From assembly GCA_965222075.1 (NCBI GenBank), contig OZ244937.1, positions 1,888,001 through 1,952,000 of the forward strand: a DNA stretch of 64,000 nt. The letters are read 5' to 3'. The notes beneath the pieces were generated by a model. That model had not been told where the DNA came from. It saw only the letters and a list, made by a program, of their open reading frames with translations, and ran no database searches. This stretch comes from Candidatus Latescibacterota bacterium (lineage in GTDB: Bacteria; Latescibacterota; UBA2968; GCA-2709665). A program made the translations under genes and the position numbers. How positions within the stretch are numbered: the first letter of the stretch is position 1; each line of letters begins with the position of its first letter. Shown piece by piece: positions 1-9,651 of this stretch.

Positions 1-344
1 ACAAAACTGCCCGTAAACGTTATCTGACGACCATCTGGTGAGAATGCGCCAACATCGGAGCCGCCACTATCGGAAGTGAGCGAAATCGTGGTGGAAAATA
101 TCTGAAATGTGCCCGTATCCGACTGACGAATCCCAAAGGCTGGTACTGAGTACGTGACGGTGTACCGGTCCTCTGTTAGCGTCAGCACCCCCGTTACATC
201 CGGTGGGGTCCCCGAGTAGGCGATCTGAACACCCTGCAGACTTACACTTTGCAGGGCATATGTTCCTATAAGCGATGAAGGATTATCAGAGCCGCACGAA
301 ACCACCAGAAGAAGAATAAATACAACATTAAGAAACCGTTTCAC
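1..344 (-). CDS. Putative lipoprotein, lipocalin-like/beta-rich (runs off window start)
   Basis: Not in the ORF track. GTG at 344 with GGGAGG RBS gives MKRFLNVVFILLLVVSC-GSDNPSSLIGTYALQSV..., with a lipobox. Frame is open to position 1. Confidence 0.7.
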   Translation of the reverse strand, partial: MKRFLNVVFILLLVVSCGSDNPSSLIGTYALQSVSLQGVQIAYSGTPPDVTGVLTLTEDRYTVTYSVPAFGIRQSDTGTFQIFSTTISLTSDSGGSDVGAFSPDGRQITFTGSF

Positions 345-610
345 TTTTGGCCCCTCCCTTTTTTGCAGGAAAAATGGAATGCCGGGATAACCGCAGGTGG
401 GGGAACGTCCCCCCCCGGGGCGCATCCCACCTGCCCGGTATGTAAGCAGAACAGTCTTCAACATTAAAGATATAATCATTCTACTTGTGTTGTCAAACAG
501 AATCTAAAGATCGTGACCGCCCGACAGTCCGACCGCGACACCAACGGCCCGTTGACCTTCTCGATACAAGCCGCCGGTGGAAGGCCGCTTCGCCTCAGAC
601 CGTTTCGTCC

Positions 611-639
611 TTGACAATACCCCTGCGGCGGGTTATTTT
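611..639 (+). promoter_or_regulatory. Sigma-70-type promoter
   Basis: TTGACA(611-616)-17 nt-TATTTT(634-639). Supports a start at ATG 685 rather than 577. Confidence 0.55.
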
Positions 640-684
640 GTAGATTGCTCCGGTCCAGGGGATGGAAACCACGTAAAGGAACCC

Positions 685-1062
685 ATGGCGCTTACCATCA
701 ACAAAACCATCAGGCCCAACGCCATCTGGCAGGAAATGTACCTCCAGGTTCGCAAAGACCAGCGGATAGTTATCACCGCCGACGGACTCTGGTCTCCGGA
801 AATGCGCCCTGCCACCATTGTCTGGTGCGGTCCCGACGGCATCGAGGGGCACATCGCCACAGACGACTACCTGCTGCCCGGCACCAACGTGGGCGCACTT
901 GTCGCCAGAATCGGCAATGACAACGCTCCTATCGCCGTGGGGAACTACCACGACTTCCACGCCACCTGCGGTGGACCGCTCTTTATAGCGATGAACGAAC
1001 ACCCGGAATATCACAACCAGGCCGGCGCACTAAAGGCCCAGATCATCCTCTTCGACCTGTGA
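685..1062 (+). CDS. LecA/PA-IL-like beta-sandwich protein
   Basis: ATG 685 after AAGGA. Motifs 'IVITADGLWS', 'GPDG', 'LPGTNVGALVARIG', 'GPLFIAMNE', 'NQAG' resemble the PA-IL family. Confidence 0.6.
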   Translation: MALTINKTIRPNAIWQEMYLQVRKDQRIVITADGLWSPEMRPATIVWCGPDGIEGHIATDDYLLPGTNVGALVARIGNDNAPIAVGNYHDFHATCGGPLFIAMNEHPEYHNQAGALKAQIILFDL

Positions 1063-1847
1063 TTCTCCGACAGACACTGCGGTTTGCCATCCAGGAGTAT
1101 GCCCTCTCCCTTGTCTTTATCCTCGTCGTGGTGGGGGTCTGGGAGGGCCTCGTCCGAACCCTGAACGTTGCGGACTACATCCTTCCGCCCCCTTCCCGGG
1201 TCCTGGGTAAACTCGTTGAGGCCCGCCGAATCCTCCTGGGCCATACCCTGGTGACCCTGCAAGAGACAATATGGGGATTTGTGCTGGGCGCCGGAGCGGG
1301 GATGACATGCGCGATCGCCATGGCCCGGTCTCGCATTGTCGAGCGGATGCTCTATCCCCTGGTTATCTCCTCCCAGACCTTTCCCAAAGAGGCCCTGGCC
1401 CCCCTCTTTGTGGTCTGGTTCGGCGTGGGCATTCTTCCCAAAGTCGTCATCGCCGGTCTCATCTCGTTCTTCCCGGTCGTGGTCAACACCACGCGCGGGC
1501 TGCTCTCGGTTGACCCCCTCATCCTCGATTTGATGCGTGCCCTCTCTGCCGGCCAGCACCAGATCTCCCTGAAGGTCCGCCTGCCCAACGCGGTTCCCTA
1601 CCTCTTCGCCGCCCTTAAAATGTGCATCACCTTAAGCGTCATTGGCGCCGTGGTGGGAGAGTTTGTGGGCGCCAGCGCCGGATTGGGCCACCTCATCCAG
1701 CTGGCCAACGCCGAACTGGCTACCGATTTGATGTTCGCCGCCCTCACCGTGCTGGGGTGCATGGGCACCGCCCTTTTCCTGATCGTAGACGGCCTGGAAA
1801 AAACGCTTCTCCGCCGCTGGGGCGGGACCGTGGACGCAGCTTTATGA
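1059..1847 (+). CDS. ABC transporter permease, SsuC/TauC/NitT type
   Basis: 'ILPPPS', 'PKEALAPLFVVWFGVG', 'VIGAVVGEFVGASAGLG'; multiple TM helices; 4-bp overlap with the upstream gene. Confidence 0.92.
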   Translation: MILRQTLRFAIQEYALSLVFILVVVGVWEGLVRTLNVADYILPPPSRVLGKLVEARRILLGHTLVTLQETIWGFVLGAGAGMTCAIAMARSRIVERMLYPLVISSQTFPKEALAPLFVVWFGVGILPKVVIAGLISFFPVVVNTTRGLLSVDPLILDLMRALSAGQHQISLKVRLPNAVPYLFAALKMCITLSVIGAVVGEFVGASAGLGHLIQLANAELATDLMFAALTVLGCMGTALFLIVDGLEKTLLRRWGGTVDAAL

Positions 1848-2827
1848 ACCGAATCGCCCTGCCCATTGCCACACTTTTCCTTCTGCTCCTCTTCTCGTGT
1901 AGCTCCACCCCGCCTCCCTCCCACCACATCCAGCTCCTTTTGGACTGGAAGGCCCAGATGGAACACGCCGGCTTTTTTGTGGCCAGGCAGAAGGGCTATT
2001 ATCAAGCGGGTGGTCTCACCGTTGACATCCTCGACGGCAGCGGCGCCCCAACCACGGCCCGGTTGGTCGGCAATAGCACCTATCCCCTCGGCGTCTCCAG
2101 CGGCTCGGCCACGGTTCTGGCCCGGGACAAAAACATCCCTGTCATCTCCCTTGCCGTCATCAACCAGCACTCGCCCGTGGTCGTCTACTCGCTGAAAGAA
2201 ACCGGCATCCGGAAACCCGAAGACCTGGTGGGCAAACGCATCGGCGTGAACATCGGAGGCACCAAATACCGGGAATTCCAGGCCTTTCTCAAAAAGGTCG
2301 GCATCCCCGGAAGCCGCATCGAACTGATCGGAATGACCGAATCCAGCCCCGCCCCCCTCCTGGCCGGGCAGGTCGATGCGATGCTGGGCTACACCGAAGA
2401 CCAGCCCGTCACCCTGGAACTCCGGGGCCGGGCCGTCAACCGGATCGCCTTAGCCGAACACGGCATTGACCTCTACAGCACGAACATCATCGCGCACGAA
2501 GTCTATCTCAAAAAAAATCCGGATATCGTCCGGAAATTCGTTCGTGCCAGCCTGAAGGGATGGCAATACGCCGTGGACCACCCCGGTGAGGCCCTCGCCG
2601 CCTACATGGCCAAACGGCCCGAAAGCGACCCTGTGTTCAACAGGGCCAACTTTGCGAAGCTCATCCCCATCCTCCACAGCCCGGACGTCGAAAAGCTGGG
2701 GCTGGGCGCACAGACCCACGAACGCTGGACGCACACCCGGGATGTCCTCTTCGACCTGGAAATGATCGGTCGAAAAGTGGAGGTCACCGAACTCTTCACG
2801 AATGCATTCCTCCCCTCCCAACCGTAG
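1844..2827 (+). CDS. ABC substrate-binding lipoprotein, NMT1/THI5 family
   Basis: ATGA overlap at 1844; lipobox LFSC; 'LLDW...HAGFFVARQKGYY', 'DLVGKRIG', 'FVRASLKGW'. Confidence 0.9.
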   Translation: MNRIALPIATLFLLLLFSCSSTPPPSHHIQLLLDWKAQMEHAGFFVARQKGYYQAGGLTVDILDGSGAPTTARLVGNSTYPLGVSSGSATVLARDKNIPVISLAVINQHSPVVVYSLKETGIRKPEDLVGKRIGVNIGGTKYREFQAFLKKVGIPGSRIELIGMTESSPAPLLAGQVDAMLGYTEDQPVTLELRGRAVNRIALAEHGIDLYSTNIIAHEVYLKKNPDIVRKFVRASLKGWQYAVDHPGEALAAYMAKRPESDPVFNRANFAKLIPILHSPDVEKLGLGAQTHERWTHTRDVLFDLEMIGRKVEVTELFTNAFLPSQP

Positions 2828-3617
2828 AATCATCTTTCTCAGTACCGGCGCCCTCCAGCATCCGTCTCAGACGATCTTCCATCTGCACAAACTTCGGCTG
2901 GATGCGCAGACGCGCACCTCTTGGCCTGAGAAAATCGACCGTCAGGTCGTACACAATCCGGCCTGGCCGCGGCGACATCACCACCACCCGGTCCGAGAGC
3001 AGAATCGCCTCCGGGATGCTGTGGGTAATAAACAGCACCGCCGGCCTTGACTCCTCCCAGATCCGCAGCAGCTCCAGCTGCATCCGCTCCCGCGTAATCT
3101 CGTCCAGGGCCCCGAAGGGCTCGTCCATCAACAGCACGGCCGGCCGGTAGGTCAATGCCCGGGCAATCGCCGCCCGGGACTGCATCCCGCCCGAAAGTTC
3201 CCGCGGATAAGCCCGCTCAAACCCCTCCAGCCCCACAATACGGATCGTCTCCAGCACCCGGTCCAGCACCGTCTGATCGTTAAACACCTCGCCGGGCAGC
3301 GCCACATTTTCCTCTACTGTCCGCCAGTCCAGCAGCGCCGGACTTTGAAACACCACCCCCACTTCCCGCGCCCGTCGGGCCTGCGGCGGGGCCATCCCGA
3401 TCACGGTGCCCCGCCCCGATGTGGGCGTCTCTAAGTCCCCCACAATCCGCATCAGACTCGTCTTCCCGCACCCCGACGGCCCGATCACACTGACAAACTC
3501 TCCCTGCCTGATCTGAAGGTCCACCCCCTCCAGCGCCACAACCCGGTTTGACTCCGTTTCAAAAACCTTGCCCACGCCCCGCAGATCAATCGCCAACCCG
3601 CCATTCAACATATCCAC
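2796..3617 (-). CDS. ABC transporter ATP-binding protein, TauB/SsuB type
   Basis: Walker A GPSGCGKT, signature LSGGM, Walker B LLMDEPFGALD, H-loop ITHS. Confidence 0.95.
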   Translation of the reverse strand: MDMLNGGLAIDLRGVGKVFETESNRVVALEGVDLQIRQGEFVSVIGPSGCGKTSLMRIVGDLETPTSGRGTVIGMAPPQARRAREVGVVFQSPALLDWRTVEENVALPGEVFNDQTVLDRVLETIRIVGLEGFERAYPRELSGGMQSRAAIARALTYRPAVLLMDEPFGALDEITRERMQLELLRIWEESRPAVLFITHSIPEAILLSDRVVVMSPRPGRIVYDLTVDFLRPRGARLRIQPKFVQMEDRLRRMLEGAGTEKDDSTVGRGGMHS

Positions 3618-3634
3618 TCCCCTGCCTACCCCCA

Positions 3635-3661
3635 GCAGGACGCACGGCCGCGCGCCCCTAC
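3635..3661 (-). repeat. GTAG-type REP-like palindrome
   Basis: Minus strand GTAGGGGCGCGCGGCCGTGCGTCCTGC; related copy at 9561-9584. Confidence 0.55.
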
Positions 3662-3667
3662 ATTTCC

Positions 3668-3775
3668 CACAAGAACCACAGAGAACACAGAGAATGTTTT
3701 CTTGGTGTCTTCGTGGCTTAGTGTGAGGTCCTCAGAGTATGATTATACCGGACTCTGTGTTCATCCGTGTTCATC
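3668..3775. repeat. Short intergenic repeats of the CACAGAG/CTCTGTG type
   Basis: aaccacagagaacacagag ... ctctgtgttcatccgtgttcatc: 9-10 nt tandem units in inverted orientation. Confidence 0.45.
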
Positions 3776-3784
3776 GCACGTTCT

Positions 3785-5779
3785 TCAATACCCATGCACG
3801 TAATGCCTCACATCCCCCCCCGGAAACCAGATCAGATCCACTAAGAAACAACAGCCCACCGCGAACACATACCCTACGATAAGCCCGTAAAAGATCGGCT
3901 TGGTCCGCCGGTAGAGCGCCATCCCCCCCAGCCGAAGGATCAAAAGCTTGGCCAGCCAGACGATGAAAATATCCAGCACATAGAGCTGCACATACCCGCT
4001 GGACGCCATCATAATCCCCAGCGGGTGGAGCGGCCACCAGGGAAAACGGCTCTGAAACAAAACCGCCAGGACGGCGACCAGGCCGCCCAGAACCCAGACC
4101 GTCATCTTTCCGGGGTCGGGTATCGAACGGTCCGCTTCGGCCACCGCCTTGGCAATCCCCTCGTACATCCCCCGTGGCGCGCCCACCAGCGACCAGGTCC
4201 TGAACGTCGTGCCCCCCTCCTGGTACGTCAGCGAGACCGTATAGAGAATCGCCGCCAGCACACCCACCACCACGCCCACCACCACCAGCCAGCCCACCCG
4301 TCTCCCGGCCCCCATCAGCCGCTCCACATGGGGCAGCGTTGCGGGCAGGCGCCAGCCGGGCAGAAGCCGCCAGTTCACCAGCCGCATCGCAACCAGCGTG
4401 GACTCCGACAGCCTGCCCATCCCGACCCAGGTGTCCAGAATCGATACCCCGAAGCTGGGAAAGAGGTAGGCAAATCCGCTGGCTGCGAGGAACTTCATCA
4501 CCACTAAGATACTCGCCCAGAACAGCAACAGCCACAGCGCCCCCATCCCCAGGCTGTAGCCCGCCCGGTGCAGCCAGAAGACCATGTAAAGCCCCCCGCC
4601 GACCAGGGCGACCGCGGCCAGCCGGGGGGAGAGGATCGCCGTTTCGGCCTCCCCCGCTGCGGGTGGGTCCAAAATCTGCTGAAACACCCGCCTCAGGTGC
4701 CCCCTGGCCGCCCAGATCGTCCACAGGACCAGCCCCACGCTCACCCCGTGGGTAAACAGCCCCAGGATGGCCTGTGGCTTGGCCTCCTGCCCGGCCAGCC
4801 CCACCGTGAACCCAACCCGGCCCATCCCGTAAAGCGCGACCTGTCCCACCAGGAAGAGGGACCAGATGCTGAATAAGATGTTCAGATCGCACAAAAAGGT
4901 AAACCCGAACACCGTCGGCAGCAGTCGGTAGGAGAAGGGACGCAGATAACGCGAGATTTCCGACCCTCTGGGTCCGCTGGGACCATAGTAGGCGTCCCAA
5001 ATCGTAATCCTGGGAAACCCTGGCATCCAGTAATCGATCGTATTCCACAGCAGGGGGAGCCCGGCAATCGCAAACCCCGCCCAGAAGAGCCAGCTACGCA
5101 CAAACGGCGGCCACCCGGGCCGCCGGTCAAACCCCTCCGTCAGATCCAGCGGCACCTGCGCTAAGGGGTAGGTCAGCCGCTCGTGACTGACCCACTGCTT
5201 CTGAAAAATCGCCGTTACCCCCAGCCCGATCACCGTCATCGCCAATCCGGCCGAGGCCGCCCAGAAGATCGGACCCACCCACGCCCCCCACGGCAGTACC
5301 GCTCCTTCCTCCAACCCCAGGTAGAACCCTTCCACCACGCCGGGGAAGTTCGACGGATACATCCACCAGGGAATATAATCGAAGATCAGCTCCTGCCAGC
5401 GGTTCTCGGGGGAGGCGTAATAACGGGGCGCGGTCATCGCCCCCACCCACTGCGTAATCCAGTTGTATCCGGCAAACGACCCGCCCACCCACAGCATACA
5501 CAGCAGCATCCGCAGTTCGGCCGACGTGAGGGAGAGCCGGGGCGCGAAACGTTTAAGCAGGGTACTGCCCAGCAGCCAGAACACGAAAGGCAGCAGAACC
5601 ACCAGCGGCAGGTTGGCCATGGCCATATGGGCCGATCGCGTCCTGAACTCCAAAAAGGTGGCCGCCATGCAGGCGAAAATCAGGGTTGCAGCCGCCAGCA
5701 GCACAACCGTCTTACGCACACCTGCGTCGGGGGTCGGCTGCTGGAGAGGGGCCCGCAAAGACCGTTCGGGTTGGCTCAT
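3785..5779 (-). CDS. Polytopic membrane protein, DUF6785/DUF6784 (OPT-like putative peptide transporter)
   Basis: 664 aa with many TM helices; 'YYASPENRW', 'QWVSHERLTYPL', 'WWPLHPLG'. Paralogue at 37312-39315. Confidence 0.8.
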   Translation of the reverse strand: MSQPERSLRAPLQQPTPDAGVRKTVVLLAAATLIFACMAATFLEFRTRSAHMAMANLPLVVLLPFVFWLLGSTLLKRFAPRLSLTSAELRMLLCMLWVGGSFAGYNWITQWVGAMTAPRYYASPENRWQELIFDYIPWWMYPSNFPGVVEGFYLGLEEGAVLPWGAWVGPIFWAASAGLAMTVIGLGVTAIFQKQWVSHERLTYPLAQVPLDLTEGFDRRPGWPPFVRSWLFWAGFAIAGLPLLWNTIDYWMPGFPRITIWDAYYGPSGPRGSEISRYLRPFSYRLLPTVFGFTFLCDLNILFSIWSLFLVGQVALYGMGRVGFTVGLAGQEAKPQAILGLFTHGVSVGLVLWTIWAARGHLRRVFQQILDPPAAGEAETAILSPRLAAVALVGGGLYMVFWLHRAGYSLGMGALWLLLFWASILVVMKFLAASGFAYLFPSFGVSILDTWVGMGRLSESTLVAMRLVNWRLLPGWRLPATLPHVERLMGAGRRVGWLVVVGVVVGVLAAILYTVSLTYQEGGTTFRTWSLVGAPRGMYEGIAKAVAEADRSIPDPGKMTVWVLGGLVAVLAVLFQSRFPWWPLHPLGIMMASSGYVQLYVLDIFIVWLAKLLILRLGGMALYRRTKPIFYGLIVGYVFAVGCCFLVDLIWFPGGDVRHYVHGY

Positions 5780-5824
5780 AGGCGATTAAAAGGGTTAGGA
5801 AACGGAGCAGACGCAACGGCGATC

Positions 5825-6901
5825 TTACGGCCTGTAGAGGATTGCCTGCTCCAGCAGTTTGAAATCCTGGTCTGCTCCCCCTGCAATCAGCACCCTGCCG
5901 TCTGAAAGCAGCGTTGCGGTATGCCCACTGCGCACCCGCTCCAGACCGCCTCCCACAAAGTGGAAGACCCCCGTCTGGGGGTCGTAGACCTCTGCCTGGG
6001 CGTCTGCTCCGCCCACAATAAGAACCTTTCCATCCGGCAAAGGGATCGCTACATGGCCAAAGCGTACGGCTCCCATAAAGCCCGTAGCGGTAAACGCCCG
6101 ACTCACCGGATCGTAAATTTCAGCGCCAGGGGTCGGCGTAAAAGGCCCGCCGGTAACCGGCCTGCTGCCCCCGGCAATCAGGATCTTGCCGTCCTGCAGC
6201 TGCGTGGCCGTATGACCGAACCGAATCTGGGTCAAATCGCCAGCGGCAGAAAAGGATCCTGTCGCCAGATTGAAAAACCCTGCGGTTCTGACCCCTCCGC
6301 CTATAAACAGGAAGATGCCTTCTGCCAAGGGCGTGGTCGTATGGCCAATCCGCGTAGCCCCAACCCGTCCTGTGCGCGTAAACCCCCCGATAGCAGGGTC
6401 GTATATTTCCCCAATAGGGATGCCATCCCCGGTTAGGAAAACCCGTCCATCCGGCAGCAGCGTCGCCGTACGCACCGTCTGGACCGCCGTGAGGTCCCCC
6501 GTAGGCGTAAAGCCTCCCGAAGTGGGATCGTAAAGCTCTGCGGTCTGCTCCCCCCCTCCAACAACCAGCACCCTGCCATCTTGCAGCAGCACCGTTTTAT
6601 GTTCCTTACGCGGGTGAACCATGTTCCCGGTAGAACCGAATCTCCCGGTAGCGGGATCATAGACTTCTGCGCTTACCAGGCGGCGTCCCTCCGTCAGCCC
6701 CGCAACAGCCTGCGAGCCCCCCGCAATCAGGACCTTCCCATCCGACAGCAGCGTGGCCGAATGGTAGAGGCGCATCTGAACCATCTGGGCGGTTGTGCCA
6801 GGAGACTCGGAAGGTCCCGAAGTCGATGGCGAGGTCCCACAGGCGCCAACCACCAGCAACGCAGCAACAGCCACGCACCGATTCAGAAATCGGCGGACCA
6901 T
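5825..6901 (-). CDS. Kelch-repeat beta-propeller lipoprotein
   Basis: ATG 6901 with RBS; lipobox VGAC; repeated '[16 protein letters not shown]...AEVYDP'. Confidence 0.9.
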   Translation of the reverse strand: MVRRFLNRCVAVAALLVVGACGTSPSTSGPSESPGTTAQMVQMRLYHSATLLSDGKVLIAGGSQAVAGLTEGRRLVSAEVYDPATGRFGSTGNMVHPRKEHKTVLLQDGRVLVVGGGEQTAELYDPTSGGFTPTGDLTAVQTVRTATLLPDGRVFLTGDGIPIGEIYDPAIGGFTRTGRVGATRIGHTTTPLAEGIFLFIGGGVRTAGFFNLATGSFSAAGDLTQIRFGHTATQLQDGKILIAGGSRPVTGGPFTPTPGAEIYDPVSRAFTATGFMGAVRFGHVAIPLPDGKVLIVGGADAQAEVYDPQTGVFHFVGGGLERVRSGHTATLLSDGRVLIAGGADQDFKLLEQAILYRP

Positions 6902-7115
6902 ACCCACCTCTCCGTGTTGAACCATCCCCGCCGACACTGGCACCCTCCAATCCCGATCGCTTACGTCAATCGATATATATGCATCCTCGATAAAATGTCC
7001 ATTTATCGTGCCACGCAAGAATTTTCTCTGTTCATACAAGTAATATCGCAAGACACAGCCCCTTTTGTCAATACATTCCTATCCAAGAATTCTCGCAGCC
7101 GGACGGTCCGGGCAT

Positions 7116-7157
7116 AAAAAAAGACCGGAAGTCCACCCGCAGGTCTGACCTCCGGTC
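7116..7157 (-). terminator. Rho-independent terminator after the VIT/vWA gene
   Basis: Minus strand GACCGGAGGTC...GACTTCCGGTC stem followed by T7. Confidence 0.7.
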
Positions 7158-7223
7158 CAGGGAGATGCCGTCCAGCCGGGGAAAAACGGCATCCAGCCCT
7201 CGTTCACAGCCCCCGCTTTGCGC

Positions 7224-9482
7224 TCACTCCGTCCTTCCGTAGCTCGCCGCAAACACCTGGAAATCTGAAAACCCCACCCTGCCGTCCCCGCTCAGATCGT
7301 AAACCGCCTCATACCCGGCCTCGCCTGCGGCCGTTCCAAAATGCCTTGCAAAAGCGGAGAAATCCGTAAAATCGACCCGGCCGTCTCCGTTGAAATCCCC
7401 CAGCCCCCTTTCGGTCTCCTCAACGTCAACCCCGATCCGATAAGTGACGCCTCCATGCCGCACAATCAGTTCCTTGCCCAACGCCAGGTAGGGCCCCAGA
7501 TGGGGCTGTTGGGCCACAAGGTCAAAATAACGCGCACTCCCAAACCGGTAGGTGACCGCCGCCTCGCCCTCCACAACCTCCACATCCTTCCAGACCCCGT
7601 CTCTCAGATAAAAGGTCTTCCGGCCCACCACCTGTACCCCCCCTTCTTGATTCACAACCGTCGTCTGTGGGGCAGCCGTCGCCCCGGCCAGGCTCCGGGT
7701 GGCCTCTGAAGCGGCCACCGCGTCCGCCCCCGATTCCTCCGCAAACCCTTCTCCAAAGGAGATGGGCACAGTCGGCTCATCCTCTACAATCAAAAACGAC
7801 GTATAGGGGGTGATAATCCCGTAGGTCCGGCTCAAGGAGACAATCTCATCCACCAGTTCCTTGTCCTCCCCGTTCAGCCGGATCTGGTCCAGCAGGAACC
7901 CGACCTTGCGGGTCGCCCAGAGCCGGGGCAGAAAATCATTCTCCGGCGCCTCTGCTGGAAACCAGACCTGTCGGGAAAAGGACATCGGCTCCCCATTGGC
8001 CGTTCCAGAAAGGGTCACCATCTCCTCTCCGGATGCGCTGTACCGGCCGAACTGAACGATCTGAGACCCCTTGAACAGGTCCGGCAGCGCGGCCGGATAG
8101 AGGTCGCCCACCGAAATCCTCCCAAAATCGAGCGTAACCTCCGACAGCACCGGATGGCTGACCTGCGTGTAAAACGCCGAAACCTCCGCCTCAATATCCT
8201 CTCCAGGCGCTACATAGGCCGACGTCCCGTGGTTTTCAGTGCCCAGCCGGTCCAGCAGATGGGTATTCACATCGTACCCCACGCCAAACGCAAAAACCCG
8301 GGCGCCCAACCGGTTCTTCTCGTGCACATCCTTCAGGATCTCACTGTTCTGCGTCACCCCCACCGTGGCCAGCCCATCCGTCATAAAAAGGATCATATTC
8401 ACATACCCATCGTCCCGAAGCTGATCCAGCGCAGCCAGCAGCGACCCGTGGATATTGGTCCCTCCACTTGCCTCTAACTTATCCACGTAATCGATTGCAG
8501 CAGAAATGGTTTTGGAAGTGACACCGGCCATTTCTGAAGCAAACAAAGAAACCAGCGTACTGTAATCAAAAATGTTGAACTCATCCTGGGCATTCAGGTT
8601 GCGCAGCACGAATTTAAGCGCCTCCCGGGCCTGAAACATCTTCTCGCCCGACATACTCCCCGACCGGTCCAGCACCAGCGCCACCCGTTTCCGGGCCGCC
8701 TCCCCCTCCTCCACTTCTACCTCAGGCGCAGCTAAGAGCATGTAGAACCCGTCCTGGCCCGGTTCCCGGTAGGTCAGCAGATTCATCCCCACCTCGTCTC
8801 GCGACACGCTGTAATAGAGCACAAAATCCGTTTCCGGCATCGTCTTCTCTTCCGCATATATCACCGTCACACGGTGGTCATCCGACCGCACAACCTCGAT
8901 CTTGTGAGAGGGCGAATACACGCTCTTGATTGGGTCCGATGACTCGATCTCGACCCGCACCATCACCAGGTCGAGGGGCCGCGCCGAAAACTTCTCCGTA
9001 TTCAGCGGATACACATATTTTCGGACCTCGTCCCGCTGGGGCACCACCTCGCTGTAGGTCAACTGCACCCGCTTCTCCTGCCCGGCCACAATCGGGAAGA
9101 TTCGCGCCCGGTAGGCCCCCCGCCCGGCGTACTCTAAGAGCGCCGGATCAATCCGCCTCCGCACGATATCGGTGTAGATCTTGCGCGCCTCATCCGCTCT
9201 GAGCAACTCTGCGGTCAGCTGCTCGCCGTCTACAAACATCGAAAATGCCGAAATCGCCGCCCCCTCCGGAATCGGGAACATGTAGGTCCCCTCCACCTCT
9301 CCGAACCGTGACAGGTTCAAAAATGTCTGGTCGATCTCAGTTACGGCCGCCTGGTCCCGGATTGACACATTCACGACATGCCGCACAATCGCCAACTCCA
9401 CCCAGGGCTCTGGAAGAATAATCCCATCGGCCCCGACGGAGACCGGCAGAAGGAGCAGACACACCAGCAGCATTCGTTTCAT
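7224..9482 (-). CDS. Exported VIT + vWA domain protein (inter-alpha-trypsin-inhibitor-like) with C-terminal dockerin/EF-hand pair
   Basis: Signal peptide MKRMLLVCLLLLPVSVGA; VIT domain 'EGTYMFPIP...DPALLEY'; MIDAS DRSGSM and MTDG; 'RLWA', 'ITPYTSFL'; C-terminal DFNGDGRVDFTDF and DLSGDGRVGFSDF. Confidence 0.9.
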   Translation of the reverse strand: MKRMLLVCLLLLPVSVGADGIILPEPWVELAIVRHVVNVSIRDQAAVTEIDQTFLNLSRFGEVEGTYMFPIPEGAAISAFSMFVDGEQLTAELLRADEARKIYTDIVRRRIDPALLEYAGRGAYRARIFPIVAGQEKRVQLTYSEVVPQRDEVRKYVYPLNTEKFSARPLDLVMVRVEIESSDPIKSVYSPSHKIEVVRSDDHRVTVIYAEEKTMPETDFVLYYSVSRDEVGMNLLTYREPGQDGFYMLLAAPEVEVEEGEAARKRVALVLDRSGSMSGEKMFQAREALKFVLRNLNAQDEFNIFDYSTLVSLFASEMAGVTSKTISAAIDYVDKLEASGGTNIHGSLLAALDQLRDDGYVNMILFMTDGLATVGVTQNSEILKDVHEKNRLGARVFAFGVGYDVNTHLLDRLGTENHGTSAYVAPGEDIEAEVSAFYTQVSHPVLSEVTLDFGRISVGDLYPAALPDLFKGSQIVQFGRYSASGEEMVTLSGTANGEPMSFSRQVWFPAEAPENDFLPRLWATRKVGFLLDQIRLNGEDKELVDEIVSLSRTYGIITPYTSFLIVEDEPTVPISFGEGFAEESGADAVAASEATRSLAGATAAPQTTVVNQEGGVQVVGRKTFYLRDGVWKDVEVVEGEAAVTYRFGSARYFDLVAQQPHLGPYLALGKELIVRHGGVTYRIGVDVEETERGLGDFNGDGRVDFTDFSAFARHFGTAAGEAGYEAVYDLSGDGRVGFSDFQVFAASYGRTE

Positions 9483-9524
9483 TATTCGGCCCTCCTCTGG
9501 TCTTGGGTTCGGGAGGTTCACAAC

Positions 9525-9540
9525 TGCAAGATATGTGCCA
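9525..9540 (-). promoter_or_regulatory. Sigma-54 (-24/-12) promoter
   Basis: Minus strand TGGCAC-ATATC-TTGCA, an exact match to TGGCAC-N5-TTGCW, ~40 nt upstream of ATG 9482. Confidence 0.8.
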
Positions 9541-9560
9541 AAACCGCAGGGCGCATAAAA

Positions 9561-9584
9561 GTAGGGGCGACCGGCCGGTCGCCC
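9561..9584 (+). repeat. GTAG-type REP-like palindrome
   Basis: GTAGGGGCGACCGGCCGGTCGCCC. Confidence 0.6.
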
Positions 9585-9605
9585 ACATTCCAGGGACAAT
9601 TTCTT

Positions 9606-9639
9606 TCAGAAATCTGAGATATTCTCAGATTTCTGAGAA
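9606..9639. promoter_or_regulatory. Tandem palindromic sites, candidate upstream activator sequence
   Basis: TCAGAAATCTGAGA-TAT-TCTCAGATTTCTGA is a perfect 14-bp inverted repeat whose arms are themselves near-palindromic (TTCTCAGA-TT-TCTGAGAA at 9622-9639). Lies 65-100 bp upstream of the -24 box. Confidence 0.6.
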
Positions 9640-9651
9640 TTTTAAGGTCTA

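Noticed and set aside
440-684. TPP riboswitch ahead of the THI5-like ABC operon
   Set aside because: No CUGAGA / ACCUG...UAAU core found, and the predicted leader is too short.
3668-3775. Short repeats as a possible CRISPR array
   Set aside because: Units are 9-10 nt with no regular spacers; no cas genes in the window.
3771-5048. 425-aa alternative-frame ORF
   Set aside because: Gly/Arg-rich out-of-frame overlap of the 664-aa membrane protein.
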